DNA of 43,806 nucleotides. It comes from Paraspadella gotoi. Taxonomy: Eukaryota > Animalia > Chaetognatha. The notes below the pieces were generated by a model. That model was not told the DNA's origin and ran no database searches. It saw only the letters and a program-made list of their open reading frames with translations. Positions 21,208 to 33,800 of this stretch are shown here, piece by piece. Location of the stretch: contig JBJCIZ010000470.1 of the NCBI GenBank assembly GCA_051294375.1, positions 1-43,806 on the forward strand. The letters run 5' to 3'. Made by a program: the position numbers and the translations under genes. The first letter of the stretch is position 1. Each line of letters begins with the position of its first letter.

Positions 21208-24200
21208 ATGGAAAACTTTAACGAATATGACAGCGGGGAGGATGAAAACTTTTTTGACGAACTAATGGAGGATGACAATCTTGAACATCTTGATCAAAAC
21301 GCAATCCGGATATTCAGCTTCATCACAGACGACGTCTTTAGTGGGAAATCGTCCAAACGTGTCTGGGTGAGGGCTCCAGAGGATGAACAACTTCGCTTCA
21401 GATTTGATCCAGAACTTTGGTTTGTAGCCGGCATTAACCTACCCCCCCCTCAAGTTCACCTTGCATATCAATATCATTCCTCAATTGTAAACATAGAAAC
21501 TCAATAAGTAAAGCAGTCATCTCACGACCCCAGGAGATGATGAAGACAACCTCCAAGCAGCAATGGAACGGTCTGGGATTGAAGGTTCACAGCTTGGCTT
21601 CAAGCTTCCCAAAGGCAAAGGGGTATACCGTCCTCAGTCATGAGCTAAGAGCTTCACTCAATTATCCTCTCCCTCCCCCCCAGTTGCGACTGAGGGATCA
21701 TGTTGATATGCTGCGAATTTGAAAATACATTCTGCAGGTTCATGTTGAATTTTCATGTGCGACCTTATTTAAGAGAGCTATTGCAAGATGACGATGGCAC
21801 AAAGAAGGTTTTAATCTATCTAGCATGCGGTAAGTCTGTCATTAAATGACCTGAATTAGGCAATTTGGCGCCCGTCAACTTGTCCTCGGCGCTCCGATTC
21901 ACCAGCGCGATTAAAGCAATTTATTTCCTTGCCTTAAAAGAAACTGAATTTTGCAAACCGACTGACCCTAACCACCGCATGAGCCTTTGGATCTCATGGA
22001 GAAATCAATTCTGGATCAGAAGAATTGATCTGGGAGAGTCAAAAGAAGATCTGATAAATCGTATCACCAACGACTTCATGCTTTTTAGCGAAGAGTTTGT
22101 TGAGACATTAAGTGCAGCTGACTCGGGATGGACATTCTCAAAATTTTTGCAGGTTCATTGGGGGGGGGGGAGAATGGGTTGGAGAAAAAAGAGCCTTGTC
22201 TTGTTTCTTTTTGCCAGAAAGAATGGGTTTCAGGAAGGTTACAAATAGCGACTTAAGCTCCACTTAGCACTTATCTGTTTTAAGGGCACTTTGCCCTTAA
22301 AACAATGAATTTGTTGCAATGCTTGATTGCATCTCTCTGGTTCAACTTTTTCCAGTTCCATGTTCGACACATAATTGGAGAGAATTCGAGTCTTGTCTAT
22401 CTTGGCGCTCGGCCCAAAAGTTTGAAGCCGCCTTTCAAAGAAGAATTGTCCAGCATATTCAGAAACAATGTTACAGATCCAGCAAAATATTACAGACATT
22501 CCGAGAAAAAAAATTTGTGTGTAGTATATTCAATTGCGCTATCATTGGTCAGTAGATTCACATCGCAAAAACTATCCATGGTCAACAAAAAGTATCTCTA
22601 CGATATCGTTCAATCAATCCCATACGCATCACTTATAACTGACAATAGTAGTGGCTTAGCAATAAACGACTTCAAAAAATTAGAAAGACTTTGTGAACCG
22701 CTTAAAGAAACAAAGCTGGTTGATTTCTTTCCAGCTCTCCTTAGCTTTCAAGGCTTATCAATAAACCTTTACAGGCTTAGGTTTTTTAAGTCGAGTAAAT
22801 CTTATGCGCTTGCTCCAATAGCTTTAAGCAAAAACTATCACAACCCAAAGTGTCATCAAGTCGATTTGCTTGTAGAATCATCGGATTTGAGGGAGAAAGG
22901 CTCAGTATGTGAAGATAACCACGTCCTTTACATCATATCCCTCCCTCGACTAGTTGCATCATCTAAATCTAACAAGCTGAATTTGAACAACACTCATATG
23001 CAAATGTTTGTGTGCCGCAGCTGCATAAAAACTTTTGATAACAAAGTTATATATTCTAATCACGTTCAGTTTTGCAATTACTTTGGAAAAGGTGGAATGG
23101 GAAGACGACGCAGCAAAAACACACTCATTCACGAGACTACAACCATAAACCCATGGACAGGAGAGGAAGAAAAAAATTGCCTTTCCTTTAAGAGGTCGGA
23201 TTTAATAAAACGGTTAAAACCTTTAAGCTTCAGTTGTTTGGACTTTGAGTCTAGAACAGTCGCCTTGACCACAGCAGATAGTTCTCTCAACAAAGAGGCA
23301 ACTTCATTGCCTCCACCATCATCCGCTACACACCAGCAGGAATGCATGGGATACAGTTTGGCGCATAAATCGTGCTATAAAGAATTTCCGCTCCCTTCAA
23401 CCTTAGAGACTCCTCGTTGCAAGTTTTTTAATGAGAAAAAAACTACAGTAGAATCTTTTTTCTTGGGGTTGTTGACACAAATCCGAGAAGATATGCAATT
23501 ACTTAATCAACATTTAAGTGATGCATTAAAAGGAGATCCGGGAACACCGCGTTTACAAGATCTTCCACCAGAACAGCGTCTAATCTTTGAAAACAAAACT
23601 CACTGTGACCTTTGTGGGCGCCGGTATGGAAGCATTACCAAATGCAATAAGTCAAACCGCATTTACGTGGTAACAAAATGTTTAGATCATAATCACCTTC
23701 AAATCGGGAAAGAAGGTCCATCTTATCGCTTATGTTGCTGTCAGGGTTGTAACTTATCGTTATCAGTATCAAATATACCCAAAATTCCTCTAGTCATCTA
23801 CAGCCATTGCGGTAGTACTTACGATTTTTCCTTTGTAATTCGCGCCATTGCTTCTATTGCAAAATATCCAATAAACATATCGGATGATCCAAAGAAACCT
23901 AGATTTGTTTCTTTCATTAGAGGAAATCCAAAGATCCTATTCAAAACAGAAAATACCCCTCTAACAATAAAAATTTACTTCAATTGCCCTTTCCCGAGTT
24001 CATGCAAAGGATGTTCTATGACAACGGATATAAAAAAACAACTCAAAGAGCAATTTGGGGCGATTCCTGTTTGCCCTTATGCTCGTCCTTTGTTATTCCA
24101 AGATTCGTACTCGTTTGTCAATTTTTCGTTGGGAAATATGGTGGCCGACCTCCAAGCATCGTGCCAAGCCAATAACAGAAACCCTTCCTCGGTTTTCACT

Positions 24201-27059
24201 TCCACTTATAAATACCTTATGTCAATGAATTATTCAGAAGAGCAGTTTGACTTGATCACTAACTCCAAGCTTAAGATGCCATTTGAAATGGTTCATTCAT
24301 TTGAAGTTTTAGAGTCAACCACATCAATACCTTCTCGTGAGAAATTCAATTCAATCTTGTCAGGGAAGCCAGAAATATCAGACGCAGATTATACTTCATT
24401 TTGCAATGTTTGGAATGGTCTAGCTATCACAAATCTTCTGGAACTGTTTGGACTCTATGCTATTTTAGGTTAGTAATGGTAATGAATTCGTTTGAGTTTA
24501 TCGCTTTAAAACAATTATTTCTCTCAGATGCTCTTTTCACTGTGGATGCGCTCGAATTTTATTTCTCAGCAATTTTCAAATTTTGCGGATTTTATCCAAC
24601 TTATTTTCAAGTGAGAAAGAAAAAAAAACGTATTTGACTAGCCAAACAAATATGTATTTTTTTTTTCTCTCCAGACTATATCATCTTTGGCTCTTACAAG
24701 CATACTGTTCAACTGTAGAGACCCCGAATCTCCAACCAAATCTCTTCAACTAGAAATGCTCTCTGAAGAACTTTATGAGCTGTTTTCAAGGGCTCTTATT
24801 GGAGGATTCTCTGCAATTTTTGCTCATTTTCGAAAATTTGATCCAAATGATCAAGAAACGTACTCGACAGGGTCATACATTGACGCAAATGCGTTATATC
24901 CTTATACACTACAGGTAGGCAGCTGATTTCACCTCTTCCCTCCCCCCCTGTCCCATATTGATTTTAATTTCATAGTAAATACACTTATACTGCAGGGCTA
25001 CTTACCCTACGGCAGTTTTGAGCTAATTCCACCAGACTCTGAGAAATTTGAAGAAGTATCATCAAGTTTGAAGAACTCAGACACAACCTTTTTTCATGAA
25101 AAACTGCTGAAAGAAAACATCGGCTTTTTCTGTGTGATTGAAACAGAAACTGACATTCAATCTGCCCTAAACATAAACATCGATTATTGTGCTTTCCCTT
25201 GCCTTCGTACTGTCAATGAAAATGAATTGAGCAGGGACCAGAGGAAAAAAGCAGAAGAACTAAAGCGATCTGTTAATAAAGAGGGAGCAAAACTAATTAG
25301 TGATGCCCAGGAAGGCATGGTGGCAGACTTTGTAGAAAATATTTTGTACATGCAGATTATACACGATATTAGAGTAAAATCTGTAATTAAAATTGTGCAG
25401 TTTAAAAGCTACAGATTTGCTTCCGACTACATCACACACCTTCAAAATTGTCGAGCTAACGCAGAATCTTCCATCATAGGCAAACTTACAAAAAATCTTT
25501 CAAATTCCTGTTGCGGCAAGTTCCATCAATCAGTGGAAAAGTTCTTTAATGCAAAATTCTGTGCCGATGAAACAATGTTTAAACGCGAAGTCGAGAAAGA
25601 CAACTTTTTCTCTCTTTCATATGTCAACCCTAAAGCAACAATATTGATATATGACGGGATTTCAGTTAAGGCCAGTGATCACTCGATTTGAACATACCTT
25701 TTGCAACTACCCAACTATGGAAATGTGGAACATTCAACATTTTTTAAATTTATTATAAATATGTTTTAAATATAAATCACTTATTTAGTTAAGGGAGTTA
25801 AATGGTTGAGATAAGAGGTGCAAATTATCATACTACAATTAAGTTATAGCTTATTTAATTAACTGTATATATATATATATATACATACATTATAAATAAA
25901 TAAATGAATAATATTAAATAAACCTCAAATTGAGTGATCCCGAGCCATTTAGTGCAAAAATCCTATATACATATCTGCGCGCGTCTATTCAAGTAGCAAG
26001 TTCTATATTTGGAAATTTTACCATACTTTTGCATGTCGTCTGCAACGCTTTGGAAATTTTAGGACAAGAGTCATTCTTACAGGTACATAGTAATAACAAT
26101 ACACACCCAAATGTTGTTAATGATGTCGTTAAAGATACTTTGTAGATACCGATTCCATCGTGTTCTCTTCCGTTCGAGACAAATCTGATTCAGAGAAGAT
26201 AGAGAGGTGCCAACTAGAAAGAAAAAGAATCCAAATACCTTTTCACGAAAGTATTGGTGCGCGTCAGTGGGCCAACTGCTTCATCAAAACTTTCAGCCCC
26301 TTTCTCGACTTTAGCTGCATTGGCGAGGTAATAAGTTGAACTCTATCAAACAAGAATAGAAATTTAATGTTGCGACCGACTGACCAAAAGTGACTTATAG
26401 AGTTGCTCCGCGAATACTCGCAGCGTAACTCAAAACAATTGATTTTAATCATTTTTATAAAATTTCATTCAGAACTCTCTCTTGTTCAAAAATATCTTTG
26501 AACAAGACAGTTATCTTATGGCTATCCTCGAATTTTTGAAAATTTCTACCAAAAACCGACCAGGCTTCTTCAAAGATGAATTAAATTGCAAGATTATTGA
26601 GGTTGCATAATATAATTATAGTAGGTGAATAATCATATTTCTAATAACTATTTTGGTTCCTCTCAGGAAATCATAGCGCCAAGCCCAAAACAATACGCGA
26701 TATCCACACTGGACTTGTGCAATGCTCAATATCCGCTGAATCGTACGATCCAAGAACCAGTCATGGAGCTGGCAAAGGCAAAAGGAGTGAAGCGAAGCAC
26801 ATTCAAATGTACTGCCACAATGGAGGACTTTCGCGCTGTAAATCGTGGTGACTCCTCTCGGAAGGTGCTTCAACACTCAATCAAGCGTCGCCAGCAAAGA
26901 CTGTTCATTACTAAAACTGAAAAAAAACTTTTAACAAAATTTACAGCAAAGCGGCTGTTTTTAGATAAATTTCAAACCAGAGATTTCCATTTTAGTTTGC
27001 CATTGTACTTAAAACCGCTCGTCTCTGATAGTGAGAGCGGCGAGGAAACCACGGATTAA
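21208..27059 (+). CDS. Protein-primed family B DNA polymerase (pPolB), about 1520 aa, about 12 exons
   Basis: Exons 21208-21419?, 21509?-21622, 21738-21829, 21941-22152, 22356-24468, 24528-24610, 24675-24914, 24996-25670, 25953-26082, 26146-26327, 26473-26601, 26667-27059. Motifs DSGW, ExoI LDFES, EndoVII-like CDLC..DHNH..CQGCN, ExoII HCGSTYD, ExoIII YAILD, IGG, A YIDANALYP, B KNLSNSCCGK, C TDTDS, FKDE, PKQY, KAKGV. The first junction is uncertain. Confidence 0.93.
25741..25896 (+). repeat. Copy 1 of a ~155-bp AT-rich element ending in (TA)n, in pPolB intron 8
   Basis: Core AAATGGTTGAGATAAGAGGTGCAAATTATCATACTACAATTAAGTT matches the reverse complement of 27145-27298. Confidence 0.8.
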
Positions 27060-27144
27060 TTTTAATTTTAAAATTTACTTTTTGGAAGGATTGAAAAAAA
27101 ATAAGTTCTGTAATTTAAAAGACTTTAAAACATTTCCTAGAGAT

Positions 27145-27298
27145 TTATAATTAATATATATATATATATATATATACAGTTAATTAAATAAGTTTTAACT
27201 TAATTGTAGTATGATAATTTGCATCTCTTATCTCAACCATTTAGCTAACTAAATAAGCGATTTTATATTTCAAATGTATTTATAATTAATTTCAAAAA
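27145..27298 (-). repeat. Copy 2 (inverted) of the ~155-bp element, just 3' of pPolB
   Basis: AACTTAATTGTAGTATGATAATTTGCATCTCTTATCTCAACCATTT is the reverse complement of copy 1. Confidence 0.8.
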
Positions 27299-27889
27299 TT
27301 AAAAATTTATGTCACAGAACTTTGAATGATATATAAAATAATAAATTTGGTCCTTGCATTAATTATTTTATTAAGTTTAAAGGCAAACTTTTACAACTTA
27401 TTTATGTTGTCAATCCTTTTTCGTATCGCTCAATACAATTGAATCCTTTCATGATCTCGAAATGTTATTTGTCTGATATTGTTTCAATATAAATAATGTC
27501 ATTGCGCAAAGTTTAAAATGTGGATGTTTTATGCTACTCAGCATATGAGTGAAGAGGAAAAGGAAGAATTTTTTAGAAAAGAAAAGGAATGCCCCAGTAG
27601 CCAAAGGGATTTGGAATTCCAAGAACAAGAAGTCGAAAACCTTGAGGAAACTCATCAGGTTATTTTTTTAGTGCATTATAGCATATTATAATAAAATATA
27701 TATTTAAAAGTATATATATAAGTATATACAATATTTACATGTCATATTCTGATTCATTCTTTAAATAACTTGTAAGTAACTGCTTTCCTATCTTTTCTTT
27801 CCGCTTCTTCTCCTTTTTTCTTCCAACTTCTCTTCCTTTTCACAAATCCCTAGCCCCAAACAGAGAAAAACGACGACAACAAACTCGAA

Positions 27890-30800
27890 ATGGAGAATTC
27901 ATCATCTTCGGAAACATTGATGAATCTTGAAAAATTTTATCGCCAACCAACAGGTAAAGAATTTGTAGAACATGATATTGTGGTAACTTATTCTGTCACC
28001 GACGAAACGAACACGCAAAAATTATCTCTCTCTCTTTCTCTCTCTCTCTCTTAACGTTTTATATTTATTCGTACGGCCAAATGGTCAATTCTTATTCTGT
28101 TAATGACTGAAGACTTAACATCTTTTTTGTTCCCTTTTTCTCTCTGTTTTACTCTGTTTGTCTCTGTTTATCCGCCTGAATAAAATCCATTCTTGCTCTG
28201 AACGTTGCCTCAATATCTTATAATCTATACAGACCAATGGGACAACGACGTCTGTCGCCTTACGGTAGACAGGATAATCAACTACCCCAAAAGCGAGCAA
28301 CGGAGCGACGTGGAACCGACGGTCGAGTTCCGGCGACTGAGCTCGACGTCATACGAGTCCAGATACAAGGACTTCATGATCGCGGACTGCAAAGTAGTTT
28401 GGCGGGTATTATTTGCTGCACAGTTCGACGCTCTCATCGCTCTCGGAGTTTTCAGGTATTAATCAGTAATATATATATTAAGGCGGGCCAAAATTGAACA
28501 CTTTTTATAACTTTAAGTTCTCTCAAAAAATTCCTTTTTTCCTTGATTTTCAATGAAACTTTTTGAATTAGTTCTTTGGGTTGTTGCACTGAAGCTTTTA
28601 AAATATTTATTAATATATAACAAATAAAAAATTTTTTTTAAAAATTGTAATTTTTAAGAACGGATTCTTATAGAGCTTGAAAAAGTAAAATGAAGGTAGT
28701 ACTACAATTTTTTTAAATTTTGACAATAAATTGGTTAAAAGTAGAAAAACCTTAAAAAATCATCATCATCATCATCATTGGCTGAATTTCATAGTTTTTT
28801 TAAAATTTCATCAATAAAACAAAAAATTTAAAAATTTGTATTAATAACCTTATCTAACTTTTAAAGCTCTATCAGATCTATCAATTAGTTAAGGTAGAAC
28901 AGATTTCTTGAGCGAAACCCAAAGTGGATTTTATTTCTTCAAAATAAACGATAAACAAGGGACGGTGTCAATTTTCAAGGGCAGAGTGAATCACATTACA
29001 GAATTCAGTTGACCCTTTTATACAGCCCAAAACGGATCGCGAGGTAAGGGCTAAAATTTCCCGACCCATTTGTTCATTGGCTCGGGCCATTTGTCTTTAA
29101 CCAATGAGAAGTATCCATTGTATTTCCGATCCGATCCGTTGATCCGATCGTTGATCCGCATCCGTTTGATCCGATTCGATTCTTGAGTCTTTTGATTCCT
29201 CTGCGGATGCGTCCCCCCCTCCTCAGACGACAGCGCACGTGGTCAGTCGGTAGCTGGAGTTGTTTGACTGAGGGGAACGAAGATCCTGTTCTGACTTTCT
29301 CCAAGCTCAGCGCTCTTCTGCGCTGTTTGTTATTGAAAAGGTTTCTTGTTGAGAGGTCTTTGAATTTGATTCTTTTCTTGGTAGGAGAGGGAGCGAGAGG
29401 GAGAAGAAATTCTCTTTTTTATTTTTGAACGAGAGAGCAGAGAGAGAAGAGAGAGAAGTGAGAGATTTCTCTTGAATAAAAATTACTCGTTCCTCCTGGC
29501 TCCATTTTATTGCGTCGGTTTCCTATTGTTTCTTTTTTTTTTTTTTTGTTGGTCGTTTCGGTGAGGTCGGGGCTTCCGTGGTCGAGCTTTGTTTCTTTTT
29601 TTATTTTTTGTCGAGTTTCTGTTTCGCGGCGCGTTTTCGTGTCTTTTGTTTTCTCGAATTCCAATCGAGAAGATTACCTTGTCTCGTTTTTTTTTTTTGT
29701 TCTATTTCTAAATATGTACGTCCTTGGTTGAATAACTAATCCTACGTTTTATTATTTATTAATTAATTCTAAGTATTATTTACACTACTTTATGTCTCTT
29801 TTCATAGTTCTGTTGGCCTTGTCTCATGCTTTTTTGAGGCGACGTCATGCATATCTGATGATTTCGGCCAGCTATCGAGATGACGTAATGGTTGACCGTC
29901 CTCTCTTCTACAACCTTGTGAGGAACCTGAATATATCCTTGTGACCTTGTTTACTCGGTTTCGCTGTTCCGCGTCACTGATCCAGATCCCGTCTGTGCCA
30001 GGACAAGATCGCCGACCTTAATCTCTTCTGCGTCGTCTTGTAAGGGTTTTCTTCTGGCCGATTGTTTGTTCATAGCTTGTTCGCTGGCTTCGCGAGCTGC
30101 TGCTTGAGCTTTTCTGCTTGTCGGCCTTTGTCTTATAAGTCAGATGAGATTCTCTTTTGTTGAAGTCTGGCGCTTTCCACTATTCTTGTGCCTGTGGCCC
30201 AAAACTGCGATTTCATGCCGGTGACATGGCTGTCTTCCAGGCGATTATGGGGTGGCTCGCGTTTAGGAGGTAGCATTCAGGTTGGGCAGTGTCAATTTTT
30301 GGTGATCGTCGACACGCTTGCGTAGGGCTTGGCGGATTCGGCTATGTTCCCTCTCGGCCCTGTTGCTATCTTTCCTTCCTACAAGGACTCGCCTGCTCTA
30401 CTGTGTCAAAAGCTAGATTTAATATTGACTTCATTGCCTGATCCGTTTAGTTTGTGTTTGCCACCATCGAAATTTACTTCCAGTGTAGGCCCCATGTTGG
30501 AGAAAAATTTCTTTGTCGAGAGCTTTTACGATGGTCGTTGGCATCTGCTCGACGTAGTGGGATTGCCCAGGTGTAGGCGGAGCATATATCTGATGCCTAT
30601 AGTACATGATCCAGCGGACAGAGGGAGATGCCATAAGAACGTCGATGCTCAATTGATTACCACAAGGTGACCATGGTCCAGAATTAGGAGCTGATGGGGT
30701 TTCGTTGTGTCTTTGTGTTGTCCGTTGCCTTTGGCGCAATTATACACAGTTTCTGAGACATTTCACCTGCGGCTGCTGATAGTTCCGGGACGGCTGAACA

Positions 30801-33800
30801 TATGGGCAGTTATAAATGCCGTACGATCGCGCCGGGCATTCCAAAACGTTCGTGGTAATTGTTTTTGTGATAATTTCGCTTTCTGGGCGGTACGACCGAA
30901 TTTTTTGTGTGTTATCGTCGCCTTTGAAGCCTCTGATTGATGAGAATGTTCGTTGTTTGTGGACGTCGAGATCATCCAGGACAATTTGACAAGTATTTTT
31001 TCAGTTTACTGTTTTTTTCCTTTTGCAGTTTTCTCGTTTAACTTTGTTTGGCTTTTGCGGTCTCCTTCCTTGAGGGCGTCAATGACCAGTTTGACAGGAA
31101 GCGTCTTCTGTTTTGCCACTTTTTATTTTCGTGGCGGAGTGGGGACGAGGTCTGATTGCCTTTCTTGTGGTTTGGGTGATTTTCCATTGGCAACCTCAGC
31201 TTCCGTGGTGTGTCGAATGTCCGCCTCGAAGGTGCTGTCTAGTCATATGGAGTGCTTGATCGGTGCCTGTTTTTTATCACTTCTATTGTGTCAAGAAACT
31301 GACGTGAAGTTGTGGAGCTTCGACGTCTTTCGTGTCTAGCTGATGCTTTTACGAAATCCTTGTGGAGAGCGCGATCTATGTCCGGGTGTCTAACCTTGGC
31401 GGCTGGGTCGTCCCTGCGTTCGGGTGTTGGAGGCATATCGACCTTGATGGTTTGGAGGCCCAAAAGCTGATGGTCGTTAGGGGCGTTGGACTGGGTTTAG
31501 TCATTGACTAGGCTAACTTGTCCGTAATGGTTTCTGAAGATTTTCAGTGTTTCTCTCGTTTTATGTCGGGACAGGCCATATACCCTTTCGAATTTGCAGC
31601 CTGTCTCCGTTGGTGCGAGTCTTCGTCCATCATGATTATGGTAATTTGAATCATTTCACTAGCATTTCCAGTTCGGGGTGGCCCGAGGACTCCCAATCTT
31701 GGCGGAAATTGTTCTGATGAAGTGCCATCAGCCACCTTTGTTTTGGGCTTGCCGTACAATTTTTCAAGGTTGGCTTTTTTGGTACATAATTTTGTCCTTA
31801 CGAAATCAAAAAATGTTTGGCCCTGAAGGATTTCGTGTCCTCGTTTAGTGTCTTTGCTACTAATGCTAGTGTTGGGCGTGTTCCCGTGATGAGTTACTAG
31901 ATTGTTCTGGAGTTTCCTGGTCATAGATGGGTTATTTTCGGCGATAACTGGTTCATACTCTCCTGTTACGTCAAATCCCGCTGGGGAAGAATGGAGTATC
32001 AAGGGCGTCACTTACCTTGATCAGTGAAACGGGTTAGAAAGTCAGCCGGGTTTATCTTCGCTTTTAAACGAGGATAAGTCCTTGGGTTGGCCATTCCTTG
32101 TTTTGATATTCCGTAATCCACCTGAGTACGTTCGTCGGCAGTAGCTGTGCCTGTCGTGTTGAAGATCCCATCACCCTTTTGAAATATTTGTGAATCTGGT
32201 GACGAGGGTGACGCTACGCCCACAAGTGTAGCCCCTTAAACTTTCGCACCGATCATATTGAAGGCGAGTGGTCTCCAGAATGTTGATATGTTTTATCCTG
32301 ATTCTCTGGAGAATGATTTTGAGTGGAGGACAATGGGATACTCGACCCCATCTGCGGTGGCGGTGATTAAACCGCCCCCCATTTGCGCTTGTGTTGGGCA
32401 TCAGCATAAAATTCTGTACGATCCGTGTTGATTCTCGCATCATGAGGAAGTTCAAGCCAGGTGATGATCTGATTTCTTCGACGAGTAGTTTGTAGCATTT
32501 CCATGTGTTTGTCGTTAGCTGAAATCCTTTTTGTCTAGCAGGGTTAGGGCATGGAGGGCGCTGGGCAATGTAAGAGAAACGAGCCGTGTGAAGCATCTAT
32601 AATAATTTAATTGAATGCTAACATCGCTCTGAGTTCTTTCTGCGTTGTTTCAGCGACTTGAAGTTTGAATTTCGAGCGGCGTCAGTTTTCTCCTTGTTGG
32701 GCATGAAGTTTGCTTTTGGAGGATAACTGAAGGCCCAGGATTTTATATCCTCCTTGCGCGTAGACACTTTTTGTGCCAATTTGAGGACCACGTTTATATC
32801 TCTTAACATCTTTGCAAGAGGTCGCGCAGTCTCTGAGCACATGTCTTCTGGAGATTTGCTGTGAGGATTAGGTCGTCGGACATAAAACTGGAGAAAGCTT
32901 TTTATGTCTGTGCCTAAAATCCTGGAAAATTTCATCTAGGAATGTGCTTGGAGGACGTTTACGCTGTTGACTCCTCCCATTGGCAGCTTGTTTCATCCAC
33001 CAGTTGTGCCGCTCCGGCAAAAAGCTGTGAACGGTTTGCAGCGGCTTGTGAGATTTTACCTGGTGGTAAACATGCCAAGATGTCGACGGAGCTTGGAGTC
33101 GTGAGGCTTGTATTTTCCGAATATTGAAGCTATAGTTTGAGGTCTGTGCGTAATTGATATAAGTTTATTATTCACAGCCGACGACGGTCGCATATCGAAC
33201 AGCCACTGCTTTGCAAATGTTTCGGTCGTCCATTTGCGTCCTGGCCTTCACGAATGGTGTCCGGGTTTCTTGATTTAGGAAGGCGTTTGAATAGCACTCG
33301 TTCCTTGTTTCTAGAAACTATGCCAGCTTTTTCATAGACTTCTAGATAACGTTTGAGAGCGGCCTTCTTGATGGGTCCCTGATTACGCGAATTTTGGTTT
33401 CGGGAGATCGTCGTTTGTGTAGCCCAGGTCGACCTTGTAATTGAGGAAACCCTTTTTGCAGTCGTTAATGGATTTCTCCAAACACATCCCGATAATCCCA
33501 GACGACATCCCAAACAAGTTGGGCTTTTTCTTTGAGGCTAGGGTCTACGTCTTTGAATGGCTTCAAAAAGGCTTCCTTGCCCCGGTCGTCATGTTTTTGC
33601 TTTCTCTCTGGCGAGCTTCTTCCACTGCTTTAAGTTCCTCAACGCTTGGTTTATGGTGAACTATAGTTGTAGCCGGGATGTGATCCTTGCGGACCTTCCT
33701 CAACAGAGGTTCTTTTCCTGTTAAGTCGGCTTGTACTGGTTCCACCGTGGCATGGTTTCGAGTTTTAACTCGGTTTTAGCCTCGTTAGTGATCAGAGGGC

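Noticed and set aside
25741-27298. Maverick terminal inverted repeats
   Set aside because: One copy lies inside a pPolB intron and they are only 1.3 kb apart. No real TIR pair was found in the window.
29225-30100. env gene in the LTR element
   Set aside because: Only short low-complexity ORFs, with no signal peptide/TM glycoprotein pattern.
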